A stretch of 64,000 bases of DNA from Bacillota bacterium (GTDB taxonomy: Bacteria; Bacillota; Clostridia; Caldicoprobacterales; Xylanivirgaceae), in NCBI GenBank assembly GCA_023621995.1, contig JAMOAB010000031.1, positions 11,951 through 75,950 on the forward strand. The letters run 5' to 3'. The position numbers and the translations under genes were made by a program. Positions 53,719 through 63,870 of this stretch are shown here, piece after piece. How positions within the stretch are numbered: the first letter of the stretch is position 1; the number at the start of each line of letters is the position of its first letter. The notes beneath the pieces are model-generated. The model had not been told where the DNA came from, did no database searches, and worked only from the letters and a program-made list of their open reading frames with translations.

Positions 53719-54213
53719 TCAATATCTCATATGCCTTAGTTCATGTGTAAGGAGCCACTTTTTAATGTATAGGCCTTCCGAGTATCCTCCTAATCTTCCA
53801 TCTGAGGTAAGAACTCTATGGCAGGGTATTATTATGGGAATAGGATTGGCACCACATGCCTGTCCTGTTGCTCTAAAGCCCTTTGGTGAGCCGGCTTTTG
53901 AGGCCAATTCTTTGTAACTATACGTGTGACCGTAGGGTATGGTAAGCAGAGTTTCCCATACCCTACTTTGAAAGGGAGTACCTTCTATAGACAAGGGGAC
54001 ATCAAATATTGTACGATTTCCAATGAAGTACTCTAGGAGCTGATCTGCTGCTATTTTGGCATAATTGATTCCAGTACTACTATTTGTATTTTTACATTCT
54101 ATGGTTCGACATATGGTTTGTGTAACGCAGATTTCAGTCACTCCACGGGAAGAGGCAAGTATCTCTATACGTCCTATTGGACTGTCTATATATTCGATAT
54201 AAAAACCGTTCAT
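53719..54213 (-). CDS. ogt: Methylated-DNA--protein-cysteine methyltransferase
   Basis: IPCHRV active site, with YSYKELA...GANPIPIIIPCHRVL. The ATG at 54213 follows AGGAGG. Its stop abuts the pepV stop. Confidence 0.9.
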   Translation of the reverse strand: MNGFYIEYIDSPIGRIEILASSRGVTEICVTQTICRTIECKNTNSSTGINYAKIAADQLLEYFIGNRTIFDVPLSIEGTPFQSRVWETLLTIPYGHTYSYKELASKAGSPKGFRATGQACGANPIPIIIPCHRVLTSDGRLGGYSEGLYIKKWLLTHELRHMRY

Positions 54214-54394
54214 AATCTTAAAACCTCCTATTATTTGATAGTGGTTCATATATTCGTGTGAATATCTCTGACAAAATGTACATAAAAAAGTTGCAATAAT
54301 ACATAGATTATATTATAATTATAAAAACTTAAACTTGGAAACATTTGAACTCAAAGGATTTAATGGATAACATGGCAAATTTATTTATAAATAT

Positions 54395-54423
54395 TTAAAC
54401 ATAATCTTATTAATCCATATAAT
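54395..54423 (+). promoter_or_regulatory. Candidate sigma-A promoter for the second T-box/ilvB unit
   Basis: TTAAAC (54395-54400), 17 nt, TATAAT (54418-54423). Confidence 0.5.
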
Positions 54424-54429
54424 ATATCA

Positions 54430-54711
54430 AAACTAGAAGGCTGTGAAGGGAAGAGTAGGGATTTTGCTTAAAACTACAGAGAGCCGGGGTAGGTGGAAGC
54501 CGGTGTTTGGGCATATCTTGAAGATCCTCCCAGAGCTGCTAGGTCGAACTAGAGTAGGCCTAGACGGGCAAGCACCCGTTACAGTGCAAGGGTATAAATC
54601 ATAAGAATCTATGATCGTACCTTATGAGGCCTTTTTCGTAAGAAAGGGGCAAAGTTGGGTGGTACCACGGAAACTATCTTTCGTCCCATGCGGAGACGGA
54701 AGATTTTTTTA
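54430..54711 (+). promoter_or_regulatory. T-box riboswitch leader with terminator (specifier uncertain)
   Basis: K-turn-like GGCUGUGAAGGGA/UCCCAGAGCU; specifier-loop AGAGUA / GAAGAUCC; distal AGAGAG-CCGGG-GUAGGUGGAA-GCCGG. The T-box AAAGUUGGGUGGUACCACGG is at 54651-54670. Terminator ATCTTTCGTC...GACGGAAGAT plus T7 is at 54676-54711. Confidence 0.85.
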
Positions 54712-54742
54712 TTTTGGCTAAATTATATAGGAGGGAATAGAT

Positions 54743-56416
54743 ATGACAGGTGCACAAATTTTTATCGAATGTCTAAGGGAACAGGGTGTAGATACCATAT
54801 TTGGCTATCCAGGTGGGGCGGTATTGCCCATATACGATGCCCTATACGATGCCAAGGATATAAGGCATGTACTGACTGCCCATGAACAAAATGCTACCCA
54901 TGCGGCAGATGGCTATGCTCGATCAACAGGGCGCACTGGAGTGACTCTAGTTACCTCGGGTCCTGGGGCTACCAACACTGTTACCGGTATTGCAACTGCC
55001 TATATGGATTCAGTACCCATCATAGTATTTACAGGACAAGTGGCAACCTCATTGATTGGCAGAGATTCATTCCAAGAGGTGGATATTAAGGGTATTACCA
55101 CTCCTATAACCAAACATAATTTTATTGTAAAGGATGTAGATGAATTGGCAGATACTATAAGGAAGGCTTTTTTGATTGCAAAGTCAGGTCGTCCAGGGCC
55201 AGTCCTTGTGGATATACCCAAAGATATACAGACAGCTCAGACAGACTATACTAGGAATGCCATAAAATTATCAGATATAAAGCCCTCTTCAGCTGAAATA
55301 CGGGAAAAGGCAGGGTTTAAAGAGAGTTTTATAGAGGCAGCTACATTAATAGAAAATAGTAAAAGACCGGTTATTTTAGCAGGTGGTGGAGTTAATATCT
55401 CAGGAGCCAATGAATATCTAATAGAATTTGCTGAGCATATAGATTGTCCAGTAGCCTCAACCCTCATGGGACTTGGTAATTTTCCTGCCCAGCATGGGCT
55501 TTTTTTAGGAATGGCAGGTATGCATGGCAGCCGCTATGCAAACTATGCATTGACCAGAAGTGATCTCATAATAGCAATAGGCACACGGTTTAGCGACAGA
55601 GTGGTGAGCGATCTGGATAAATTCGGCAGTGGAGCTAAGGTGATACACATAGACATTGATGCTGCTGAAATTGGGAAGAATGTAAGGCCCCATATATCTA
55701 TACTTGGCGATGTAGGGGAGATATTGAAGGGTCTTAAAGCGAGTGTATCCCACAAAGAACATGGGAAATGGCTGGCGCAGATAGATAAATGGAAGGCTGA
55801 ACATCCTCTAAAGTATAATAGGGCTAGTAATCTAAGCCCCCAATATATAATAGAGACACTTAGCCATCTTACAGAGGACAGGGCTATAATAACTACAGAA
55901 GTGGGGCAAAATCAGATGTGGACTGCCCAGTTCTATAAATTTACAAAGCCTAGGACATTCATCTCATCAGGAGGGCTGGGCACTATGGGCTATGGATTAG
56001 GTGCAGCTATAGGTGCATGTGTAGGACGCCCTGATATGCAGGTTATAAACATAGCCGGTGATGGCAGTTTTAAGATGAATCTTACGGAGCTGGCCACCAT
56101 ATCACGATACAATCTTCCTATAATACAGCTAGTGCTAAACAATCACAGTCTAGGTATGGTTAGGCAATGGCAGAATCTATTTTTTGATGAGAGGTATTCA
56201 TACACGTCATTCGGACAAGAAGTAGATTTCGTAAAGCTTGCAAGTGCTTTTGATATAGAGGGTATAAAACTTACCCAAAATGAAGAAGTAGAAGACATAT
56301 TGAAATATGCATTGGATAGAAAGAGGCCTATAATTATAGACTGTGATATTCATCCAGATGAGATGGTCTTGCCTATTGTACCTCCTGGCCAATCTATAGA
56401 TGTGCTTATCGATTGA
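54743..56416 (+). CDS. ilvB: Acetolactate synthase large-subunit paralog (no adjacent small subunit)
   Basis: 557 aa with the same ThDP motifs as the first copy (GYPGGAVLPIYD, GPGATNTVTGIATAYMDSVPII, GGLGTMGYGLGAAIGA...GDGSFKMN). Confidence 0.9.
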   Translation: MTGAQIFIECLREQGVDTIFGYPGGAVLPIYDALYDAKDIRHVLTAHEQNATHAADGYARSTGRTGVTLVTSGPGATNTVTGIATAYMDSVPIIVFTGQVATSLIGRDSFQEVDIKGITTPITKHNFIVKDVDELADTIRKAFLIAKSGRPGPVLVDIPKDIQTAQTDYTRNAIKLSDIKPSSAEIREKAGFKESFIEAATLIENSKRPVILAGGGVNISGANEYLIEFAEHIDCPVASTLMGLGNFPAQHGLFLGMAGMHGSRYANYALTRSDLIIAIGTRFSDRVVSDLDKFGSGAKVIHIDIDAAEIGKNVRPHISILGDVGEILKGLKASVSHKEHGKWLAQIDKWKAEHPLKYNRASNLSPQYIIETLSHLTEDRAIITTEVGQNQMWTAQFYKFTKPRTFISSGGLGTMGYGLGAAIGACVGRPDMQVINIAGDGSFKMNLTELATISRYNLPIIQLVLNNHSLGMVRQWQNLFFDERYSYTSFGQEVDFVKLASAFDIEGIKLTQNEEVEDILKYALDRKRPIIIDCDIHPDEMVLPIVPPGQSIDVLID

Positions 56417-56480
56417 AATGGACAAATAAGTGCCCATTCATGACTTAAATCTGGAAGATTCAACTTCAATTATTTTTATG

Positions 56481-56575
56481 TTGAATTTCGCTAAATTAGA
56501 TGGTATAATGCACAGTGTAGTATGTCCTTGCTCTGCACTATGCAGGGCCATAGTCCAAAAGGAGGTGAACAAGCA
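56481..56575 (+). promoter_or_regulatory. rpsF promoter (extended -10) and structured 5' leader
   Basis: TTGAAT, 17 nt, TGgTATAAT (56501-56509). The leader has the hairpin TGCACAGTG...CACTATGCA just upstream of RBS AAAGGAGG. This may be the S6:S18-binding rpsF leader, but I have not verified that. Confidence 0.5.
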
Positions 56576-56863
56576 ATGCGGAAATACGAAACCATGTATG
56601 TAATTGCTCCCACCCTTGAAGAAGAAGCTGTTCACGAGGTTGTAGAAAAATTTTCAAATCTCATAGTGAATCAGGGTGGCGAGGTGGAAAAAATCGATGA
56701 GTGGGGCAAGAGGAAGCTTGCCTATCCAATAGAGGATCATAAGGAAGGCTACTATGTACTAATGAACTTCAAAGCCGAGCCCAGTGTACCTGGGGAACTA
56801 GAACGGGTATATAAGATCACTGATGATATACTCCGCTATTTAATCATAAGGGAAGACGAATGA
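56576..56863 (+). CDS. rpsF: 30S ribosomal protein S6
   Basis: [18 protein letters not shown]...[10 protein letters not shown]. The ATG at 56576 follows AAAGGAGG. Confidence 0.95.
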   Translation: MRKYETMYVIAPTLEEEAVHEVVEKFSNLIVNQGGEVEKIDEWGKRKLAYPIEDHKEGYYVLMNFKAEPSVPGELERVYKITDDILRYLIIREDE

Positions 56864-56878
56864 AGGAGCTGATATTTT

Positions 56879-57310
56879 ATGTTAAATAAGGTAGTGCTCA
56901 TTGGTCGGTTGACTAAGGATCCAGAGATCCGATACCTTCCCAGTGGTGTAGCAGTTACAACTTTTTTTCTTGCAGTAAATAGGAATTTTACTAATCAGCA
57001 AGGGGAAAGAGAAGCGGATTTTTTACCTATTGTCACATGGCGAGGATTGGCTGAGACCTGTAGTAAATATCTTTCCAAGGGCAGATTAGTTGCCGTTGCA
57101 GGTAGGATACAGACTCGAAGTTATGAGACCCAAACAGGAGAGCGTCGCTATGTCACAGAGATAGTAGCAGATGAAGTGCAGTTCTTAGATCGGGCCGATA
57201 CATCATCAGATAGGGGATATCCAGGTGGCAATTATTCATCACCTGATTCCATGGATGATACTCCAGGGTTTGAGCCCATTGAAGGAGAAGATGATGAACT
57301 GCCATTTTAG
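56879..57310 (+). CDS. ssb: Single-stranded DNA-binding protein
   Basis: [19 protein letters not shown]... OB fold and the acidic C-terminal tip DDELPF. Confidence 0.95.
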   Translation: MLNKVVLIGRLTKDPEIRYLPSGVAVTTFFLAVNRNFTNQQGEREADFLPIVTWRGLAETCSKYLSKGRLVAVAGRIQTRSYETQTGERRYVTEIVADEVQFLDRADTSSDRGYPGGNYSSPDSMDDTPGFEPIEGEDDELPF

Positions 57311-57331
57311 TTAAAAGGAGGTAGCTTAGAC

Positions 57332-57574
57332 ATGAGTGATGTTGCTAGAAGACCTAGAAATAGGAGATCACGCAAGAGAGTTTGTGTCTTTTGTGCAGAT
57401 AAATCAAATGAAATTGATTATAAAGATGTGGCAAAGCTCAAGAGATATATAACTGAGCGAGGCAAGATACTCCCAAGACGTATATCGGGTAATTGTGCAA
57501 AGCATCAAAGGGAGCTTACAACTGCAATCAAGCGGGCAAGAAACCTTGCCTTATTGCCATATACAGCAGAGTAA
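57332..57574 (+). CDS. rpsR: 30S ribosomal protein S18
   Basis: [49 protein letters not shown]. Confidence 0.95.
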   Translation: MSDVARRPRNRRSRKRVCVFCADKSNEIDYKDVAKLKRYITERGKILPRRISGNCAKHQRELTTAIKRARNLALLPYTAE

Positions 57575-57580
57575 AAAGAG

Positions 57581-57619
57581 AAAACACACCATTGACCAAA
57601 CAAAGATGGTGTGTTTTTT
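57581..57619 (+). terminator. Intrinsic terminator after rpsR
   Basis: AAAACACACCAT...ATGGTGTGTTTTTT. Confidence 0.8.
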
Positions 57620-57733
57620 AGTTTATTTTATATACCCATCGTTGACAAAGCTTACATGAGAATATAAAATTGATTTAAAGTAAAATCTTATTGGGAAGGT
57701 GGGTTTAATTTGCCTAAAGGGAGCGAAAGAGGA

Positions 57734-58039
57734 ATGGATATAGCTAAAAACATAGGACATATAGAGTGGCTGAAGAGTGAACTCTTATCTTCTGTCTCAA
57801 GGGTTTTTACATTGCTGACCAATGGTATAAAAGGTACTCAAGATGCACTTATTGACTGCCTTGCCAATATAATATTAATATCTTATCTCCTCGGTAGACG
57901 TCTTGGAATACACTATGGCGTAATAGATAAGAGAATAGGGGAGAAGATTAGACTGGGTATATTAGAAGAACATGATATAGAGACAGAATATGGTGACCTT
58001 TCAATGCTCAGTGAGCACTTTAGGCAGATAAGAGAATGA
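57734..58039 (+). CDS. Small helical protein, possibly MazG-like family
   Basis: About 101 aa (the track begins at TTG 57710). It sits in the conserved position upstream of yybS-gdpP in Clostridia. The family assignment is from memory only. Confidence 0.4.
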   Translation: MDIAKNIGHIEWLKSELLSSVSRVFTLLTNGIKGTQDALIDCLANIILISYLLGRRLGIHYGVIDKRIGEKIRLGILEEHDIETEYGDLSMLSEHFRQIRE

Positions 58040-58057
58040 ATATGGAGTGTTATATTT

Positions 58058-59035
58058 ATGAATGATACTAGAGATAACCCTATTTTAGAGATTATATTAG
58101 TAGCCATCCTATGTACAATGGCAATAGTGGGGCTTATCCAGTTGCCTGCTTTTAATTTTCTTATTTTTTTGGCATCTATTCCCATGGTTGTATTAGCTAA
58201 ACGGAGGGGACAATTATTTGCAGCGTTATCCCTGGCTATTACAGGGGTTATACTTGGTTTTATAGATATCTATTTGAGCATATCTATAATCATAACCTAC
58301 GCTTCTATGATAATTGCAGTGCCATATGTCATAGATAAGAGGCTTGAGTTGTCAGAGAGTATAGCAGTGTGTGCTGGAGCAGCCTTTGTAGCAATGGTAA
58401 TATCCCTCAAAGTCCTCTCAATCATGATGGGACAGGATATATTTACTTACACATGGGATGCAATGAGAAAAATTTTCGCAACTGATAACGAATTTGTGGC
58501 AAACCTACTGGAGGTCTATAAGACCATAGGAATACTAGACAATGCCATAACTTCTATACAGTTTGGCGAACTTTTGATAGATAGACTTAAAATTTTGACT
58601 CCTTCAATATTGATTATATCTGCCATCATATTTGGGGGTAGCAACTTCTTGTTATCAAGGTCAATGCTTAAGCGATACAATATATATATACAGGACATTC
58701 CAGAGTTTAGTAGATGGAAACTACCTAGAGGAACTACAAGGGGTTTTCTTATAATGATGATACTGTCAGCACTAGGTAATTGGGCAGGATTTAAAAATTT
58801 TGACGTGGTAGGTGCTACCGTATCCATACTATTTACTTTCATATTTTCAGTACAGGGGTTGGCTCTAATGACTTTTCTTTTGAGACGTACTAAGGTTCCA
58901 AAGCCCCTACAGTATATAATACTGATATTGTCGTTTTTATTGCTTAAAACTCCCCTTACTTTCATAGGGGTATTTGACCAAATATTCAATATGCGTAATA
59001 TAGGTAATGGACCTAAAAAGGATGCCAAATCATGA
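58058..59035 (+). CDS. yybS: DUF2232 (YybS) integral membrane protein
   Basis: 325 aa, polytopic, immediately upstream of gdpP as in Bacillus yybS-yybT-rplI-dnaC. Confidence 0.75.
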   Translation: MNDTRDNPILEIILVAILCTMAIVGLIQLPAFNFLIFLASIPMVVLAKRRGQLFAALSLAITGVILGFIDIYLSISIIITYASMIIAVPYVIDKRLELSESIAVCAGAAFVAMVISLKVLSIMMGQDIFTYTWDAMRKIFATDNEFVANLLEVYKTIGILDNAITSIQFGELLIDRLKILTPSILIISAIIFGGSNFLLSRSMLKRYNIYIQDIPEFSRWKLPRGTTRGFLIMMILSALGNWAGFKNFDVVGATVSILFTFIFSVQGLALMTFLLRRTKVPKPLQYIILILSFLLLKTPLTFIGVFDQIFNMRNIGNGPKKDAKS

Positions 59036-59060
59036 TATGTTATGGCGGTGAAGATAGTAG

Positions 59061-61064
59061 ATGAAGGATTCCATGAAGAAAAATGTTAGTATTCCAGAGG
59101 TGCGAATATATATATACATTATATTGCTAATGTCCATTGTATTATTATACTACAACTGGCGGATAGGTATTATATCAATTATCATATGGGCATATCTAGT
59201 CTATTACGATTATAAGGAGAGGGAGCGGAAGCGAAAAGAGTGGACGGCCCATCTAGAAATTCTGTCAGAGAACATCGATTGGGCCACTAAAAATGCTGTC
59301 ATAAGCATACCAATGCCCCTAGTGGTCATAGAGGTTGATGGCTCTATTACGTGGTATAATCCTCGGTTTAGTGAGATAATGGGCAATGAAAATATGCTTG
59401 ACAATAATATTGCTGAATATACACCAGAGTTAAACCCTAAGAATCTTCTCTCTGATAAATCAGAGAATTCAAAACTTATACGGCACCAGGAGAGATGGTA
59501 TAATGTGATATGGGTGCCTGTTCAAATAGATGCTCTGGCAAAAAAGTCTAGGGCGATAATTCTCCTATACTGGGAAGATATAACTGAAGAGGTGGAACTT
59601 AGGGAAATATATGAAAAAAAGCAGATAGTTGTAGTCAATATACAGATTGATAACTATGATGAGGTAATGGCAAACACTGAAGACACTAAAAAGCCTGCAG
59701 TTTTGGCGGAGATTGATGGGAAGATAGGTAAATGGGCAAGTTCCCTTGAAGCAAGTTGGCAGAAATATGATAGAGATAAATTCATTGTAATAACACAAGA
59801 GCGCTATCTAGCAAAGGTAGAGCAGAACAAATTCGAAATATTAGATGCGGTACGTGCTATAGATGCTGGGAATCAGATACCTGTCACATTGAGTATTGGT
59901 GTAGGTGCAGGTGGTGATAACCCGGGGCAGTGTAATAGCTATGCAAGGTCTGCCATGGATTTGGCCCTTGGAAGGGGTGGAGATCAGGCAGTAATAAAAC
60001 GGGGGGATAAGCTGTTATTCTACGGTGGAAAGACCAAGGCAGTGGAAAAGCGAAGTAAGGTCAAGTCTAGGGTCATATCTACTGCCCTAAAACAACTTAT
60101 GTGGCAATCAAGTGAAGTTTTTATAATGAGCCATGAAGCTCCCGATTTAGATTCTATAGGTTCTGCCCTCGGTATATATAGATGTGCTAGACATTTAGGG
60201 AAACCTGCATATATAATTGAAGGGAGAAATACCATATCCATAAGGCACCTTATGGATAAGCTCCTTGAAAAGGAGGAATATCGGGCGGCCTTCATAAGAG
60301 GTTCACAGGCATTAGAATATATAGACAGGCGAAGCCTTTTGGTGGTAGTAGACACCCATCGGCCTAGTTTTACTGAAGTACCTGAACTAATAAAGGCTGC
60401 CGATAAGTTAGTTGTGATAGATCATCATAGGCGAAGTGCAGAGTCGATAGAAAGTCCAGTGCTATCATATTTAGAGCCATATGCTTCTTCTACAAGTGAA
60501 CTGGTGACAGAGATGGTACAATATTTTGATGAGCAGGTAGAGCTCACCCATATTGAGGCTGACGCCCTTCTGGCTGGCATAACCATGGATACAAAGAACT
60601 TCACGTTTAAGACAGGAGTAAGAACCTTTGAGGCAGCATCATATCTTAGAAGGAGAGGTGCAGATCCTACTGCTATAAGGCAGTTTCTGCAAGATGATAT
60701 GGATGCATACATTGCCCGTGCAGAGACTGTGAAAAGTGCCAAGGAGATAGAACCAGGTATTGTAATATCGCAGTGTCCAGAGAATATTGAAAATGCACCA
60801 CTCATTGCAGCACAGGCGGCAGATGCTCTCCTTACCATCAGGGGGATAAACACCTCATTTGTCCTGGCGAAGAGAAGCGATCATATACTTATAAGTGGGC
60901 GATCGCTTGGGAATATAAATGTCCAACTCATACTTGAAAAACTAGGCGGTGGAGGACATTTAACCATAGCCGGTGCACAGCTTGAGGGAATTGAAATGGA
61001 AGAGGCGAAAGCCAAACTTGAAGATGCTATTTATGAATACTTAAGGGAAGGTGAGAAGAGATGA
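59061..61064 (+). CDS. gdpP: Cyclic-di-AMP phosphodiesterase GdpP (YybT)
   Basis: 667 aa with two N-terminal TMs, a PAS-like region, a degenerate GGDEF, and DHH (VVIDHHR) plus DHHA1 (GGGGH) domains. Confidence 0.92.
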   Translation: MKDSMKKNVSIPEVRIYIYIILLMSIVLLYYNWRIGIISIIIWAYLVYYDYKERERKRKEWTAHLEILSENIDWATKNAVISIPMPLVVIEVDGSITWYNPRFSEIMGNENMLDNNIAEYTPELNPKNLLSDKSENSKLIRHQERWYNVIWVPVQIDALAKKSRAIILLYWEDITEEVELREIYEKKQIVVVNIQIDNYDEVMANTEDTKKPAVLAEIDGKIGKWASSLEASWQKYDRDKFIVITQERYLAKVEQNKFEILDAVRAIDAGNQIPVTLSIGVGAGGDNPGQCNSYARSAMDLALGRGGDQAVIKRGDKLLFYGGKTKAVEKRSKVKSRVISTALKQLMWQSSEVFIMSHEAPDLDSIGSALGIYRCARHLGKPAYIIEGRNTISIRHLMDKLLEKEEYRAAFIRGSQALEYIDRRSLLVVVDTHRPSFTEVPELIKAADKLVVIDHHRRSAESIESPVLSYLEPYASSTSELVTEMVQYFDEQVELTHIEADALLAGITMDTKNFTFKTGVRTFEAASYLRRRGADPTAIRQFLQDDMDAYIARAETVKSAKEIEPGIVISQCPENIENAPLIAAQAADALLTIRGINTSFVLAKRSDHILISGRSLGNINVQLILEKLGGGGHLTIAGAQLEGIEMEEAKAKLEDAIYEYLREGEKR

Positions 61065-61507
61065 AGGTAATACTTTTAAAGGATGTAAAGAATCATGGTG
61101 TAGAGGGTGATGTGGTAGATGTAAGCCCTGGTTATGCAAGGAACTATCTATTCCCTAGAAACTTGGCAGTAGAAGCCAATAAACAGAACCTTGCTAAGTT
61201 AAAGCAGAGAAAAAAGGCTGCCGACAGACGTAAGGAGCAGGAACTCTCGGAAGCCAAAGAACTTGCCAAAAAGATAGGGGGCGTTACAGTAACCCTCAAG
61301 GCCAAGAGTGGAGAAAACGACAAACTTTTTGGTTCTATAACAAGCAAGGAGATAGGGGAAGCCTTAAAGACTCAACACGGTATAGAGCTAGATAGGCGAA
61401 AGATAGAACTGGATGAGCCAATAAAGACATTGGGCGTAAGAGAGCTAGATGTAAAAGTATATCCTGGAGTCAATGCAAAGCTTAAGGTGTCTGTAGAGGC
61501 CGAATAA
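61061..61507 (+). CDS. rplI: 50S ribosomal protein L9
   Basis: MKVILLKDVKNHGVEGDVVDVSPGYARNYLFPRNLA. Confidence 0.95.
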   Translation: MKVILLKDVKNHGVEGDVVDVSPGYARNYLFPRNLAVEANKQNLAKLKQRKKAADRRKEQELSEAKELAKKIGGVTVTLKAKSGENDKLFGSITSKEIGEALKTQHGIELDRRKIELDEPIKTLGVRELDVKVYPGVNAKLKVSVEAE

Positions 61508-61518
61508 TAGAAGAGTGA

Positions 61519-62871
61519 ATGGATGGTGCTTATATGAGTGATACTATAGTGCGTATGCCACCATATAGTCTAGATGCAGAGCAATCGGTTCTAGGCTCTA
61601 TGATAATCGATAAGGATGCAATAGCGGCTGCCTCAGAAGTCTTAACTGGAGATGACTTCTACTCTGATGCCCATAAGGAGATATTCAATGGAATACTGAG
61701 TATGTATGAAAAGGGAGAACCTGTTGACCTTATAACCCTGACAGAGACTTTGAGGCAGAGGGGAACCCTTGATGGAATAGGGGCGGCTTATCTGACAGAG
61801 CTATCTATGATAGTGCCTAGTACTGCAAATGTAAAATATTATATACGTATTGTAGAGGAAAAGTCCATACTAAGGCGTCTTATAAAGGCAGCAAATGAAA
61901 TTATACAAGATAGCTATGAGGCACAACAGGAAGTCGATATAATACTTGATGATGCAGAGAAGAGGATTTTTGACATAGCTGAGCGCCGGAGCAGAGCAGA
62001 TTTTGAGCCTATAAAGGTAGCTCTACTTGAGGCATATGCAAAGATAGAAGAATTATCTAAAAACAAGGGAAAGATAATAGGTGTACCTACTGGCTTTACC
62101 GATTTTGATCTTATGACGGCAGGGTTGCACCCTTCAGATTTTATACTCATTGCAGCACGTCCATCTATGGGAAAGACAAGTTTTGCCATGAATATAGCCC
62201 AATATGCAGCAGTTAATGAGAATATTCCTGTAGCCATATTTAGTCTAGAGATGTCAAAAGACCAATTGGTTCAGCGTATGCTGAGTTCCCAAGCAAATGT
62301 AGAGCTTCAAAAGGTACGAACTGGAGATCTAAAGGATACAGACTGGATAAAATTAGTACAAGCAGCTGGTCCCCTGTCACAGGCTCCCATATTTATAGAC
62401 GATACACCAGGTATATCGGTCATGGAGATGCGGTCTAAGGCAAGAAGGTTAAAACTAGAGAGGGGCTTAGGTATGATAGTCATAGACTATCTACAGCTTA
62501 TGTCGGGTAGGGGTAGAGCAGAGAATAGGCAACAGGAGATATCAGAGATATCCCGTTCATTAAAAGCACTTGCAAGGGAGCTAGATGTTCCTGTAGTAAC
62601 TTTATCCCAGCTTAGCCGGGCACCAGAGGCTCGAACTGATCATCGACCTATGCTCAGTGATCTCAGGGAGTCAGGCGCTATAGAGCAGGATGCAGATGTG
62701 GTGGTATTTCTATACAGGGATGAATACTATAACCCAGATACTGAAAAAAAGAATATAGCAGAAGCCATTATTGCAAAGCAACGTAACGGCCCAACTGGAA
62801 CGGTAGAGCTTGTATGGCTCGGGCAATTTACTAAGTTTGCCAATTATGCAAAAAGTCGTCAGGAAGTCTGA
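61519..62871 (+). CDS. dnaB: Replicative DNA helicase (DnaB family; DnaC in Bacillus nomenclature)
   Basis: PPYSLDAEQSVLGS, Walker A ARPSMGKTSF, and IVIDYLQLM. The start is ATG 61519 or 61534. Confidence 0.95.
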   Translation: MDGAYMSDTIVRMPPYSLDAEQSVLGSMIIDKDAIAAASEVLTGDDFYSDAHKEIFNGILSMYEKGEPVDLITLTETLRQRGTLDGIGAAYLTELSMIVPSTANVKYYIRIVEEKSILRRLIKAANEIIQDSYEAQQEVDIILDDAEKRIFDIAERRSRADFEPIKVALLEAYAKIEELSKNKGKIIGVPTGFTDFDLMTAGLHPSDFILIAARPSMGKTSFAMNIAQYAAVNENIPVAIFSLEMSKDQLVQRMLSSQANVELQKVRTGDLKDTDWIKLVQAAGPLSQAPIFIDDTPGISVMEMRSKARRLKLERGLGMIVIDYLQLMSGRGRAENRQQEISEISRSLKALARELDVPVVTLSQLSRAPEARTDHRPMLSDLRESGAIEQDADVVVFLYRDEYYNPDTEKKNIAEAIIAKQRNGPTGTVELVWLGQFTKFANYAKSRQEV

Positions 62872-62879
62872 CGACTTTT
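62851..62879. terminator. Bidirectional terminator hairpin shared by convergent, overlapping 3' ends
   Basis: AAAAGTCGTCAG-GAAGT-CTGACGACTTTT followed by more T. The dnaB stop (62869-62871) and the minus-strand stop (62859-62861) both lie inside the hairpin. Confidence 0.75.
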
Positions 62880-63866
62880 TTTTATTATGCGTAAATCTTG
62901 ACCTATAAATTTTATGAGCATGGTGTTGGAGGTATCAAATAGCCGTGAGGCAATTCGATCAGAATATCTATCTTGTATGTCGGCTAGGCTCAGGTTTGTA
63001 GATAAAAAGGTATGCTTCTCGGTAAGCATACGTTCATTGAGTATGTTGAAGAGATCTTCCTGGGTATAGTTATTTCTTCGCGTTTCGGTGCCTAGATCGT
63101 CTATTATAAGTACATCTACATCAAAGAGGTAGGTAAGGAGCGTCATACTCTCATCCTTATCTTTTAGTGAGCTATAGAAAAGCCGGTCGAAGAGTTTATA
63201 TGAAGTTATACGCATAACAGTATATCCCTTATCCATTATAGCCTTTGCAACACAGTTTAACATAAATGTCTTGCCTAAGCCGGTTTTACCTGTAAATAGT
63301 ATAGTCTTTTTTTCATTATTGGGGAATATGTCTACATAATTCAAAAGTAAATCTTTTAGATTAAGCATGTACTCTCTTTGTGTTATTTTGCTACCTTCTG
63401 GACATATGTTAGGAAATATATTGGCATCAAATGTATCAAAATTTTGCGTATTTAAATCTTGCATGTCTGATAGATGATACGTATCTATGAGTATTCTCTG
63501 ATTTAGACATTTACATCTTTCTTTTATCATATCTCCTACGTAACCAGTATCCTTGCATATGGGGCAGCGATATCTGGGGAGAAGATAGTCTATTGGAAAG
63601 CCGTGATCTAAAAGTAGCTTTTCTTCCTTCTCCCTCAAAGTTTTAACTTTAGATTCAAGGTAGGGAATGGTTGATGTAACCTTTTGGGGATCGTGTATTA
63701 TATCCCGATAGGCAGTGCCCATAAGGTCTATGAGCTCGTGTCTTAGTGTCTTCATTTCAGGTATTTTGGTGTATACCTCTTCTTCCCTCTTTATTAGAGC
63801 TTCTTTTTCTCTAAGACGTAACTCATCATACTCCTTTAATATGTCCTTTATAATTCTGTCTTTCAT
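62859..63866 (-). CDS. DnaC/DnaI-like AAA+ helicase-loader family protein
   Basis: Zn-ribbon-like CPICKDTGY...CKC, Walker A GKTGLGKTF, and Walker B LIIDDLG. The ATG at 63866 follows GAAGGGGA; the track start 63935 overlaps the upstream gene. Confidence 0.8.
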   Translation of the reverse strand: MKDRIIKDILKEYDELRLREKEALIKREEEVYTKIPEMKTLRHELIDLMGTAYRDIIHDPQKVTSTIPYLESKVKTLREKEEKLLLDHGFPIDYLLPRYRCPICKDTGYVGDMIKERCKCLNQRILIDTYHLSDMQDLNTQNFDTFDANIFPNICPEGSKITQREYMLNLKDLLLNYVDIFPNNEKKTILFTGKTGLGKTFMLNCVAKAIMDKGYTVMRITSYKLFDRLFYSSLKDKDESMTLLTYLFDVDVLIIDDLGTETRRNNYTQEDLFNILNERMLTEKHTFLSTNLSLADIQDRYSDRIASRLFDTSNTMLIKFIGQDLRIIKKSRQTS

Positions 63867-63870
63867 ACTT

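Noticed and set aside
54655-54885. 76-aa plus-strand ORF overlapping the second T-box and the ilvB2 start
   Set aside because: It spans the T-box/terminator and runs out of frame into ilvB2, so it is not coding.
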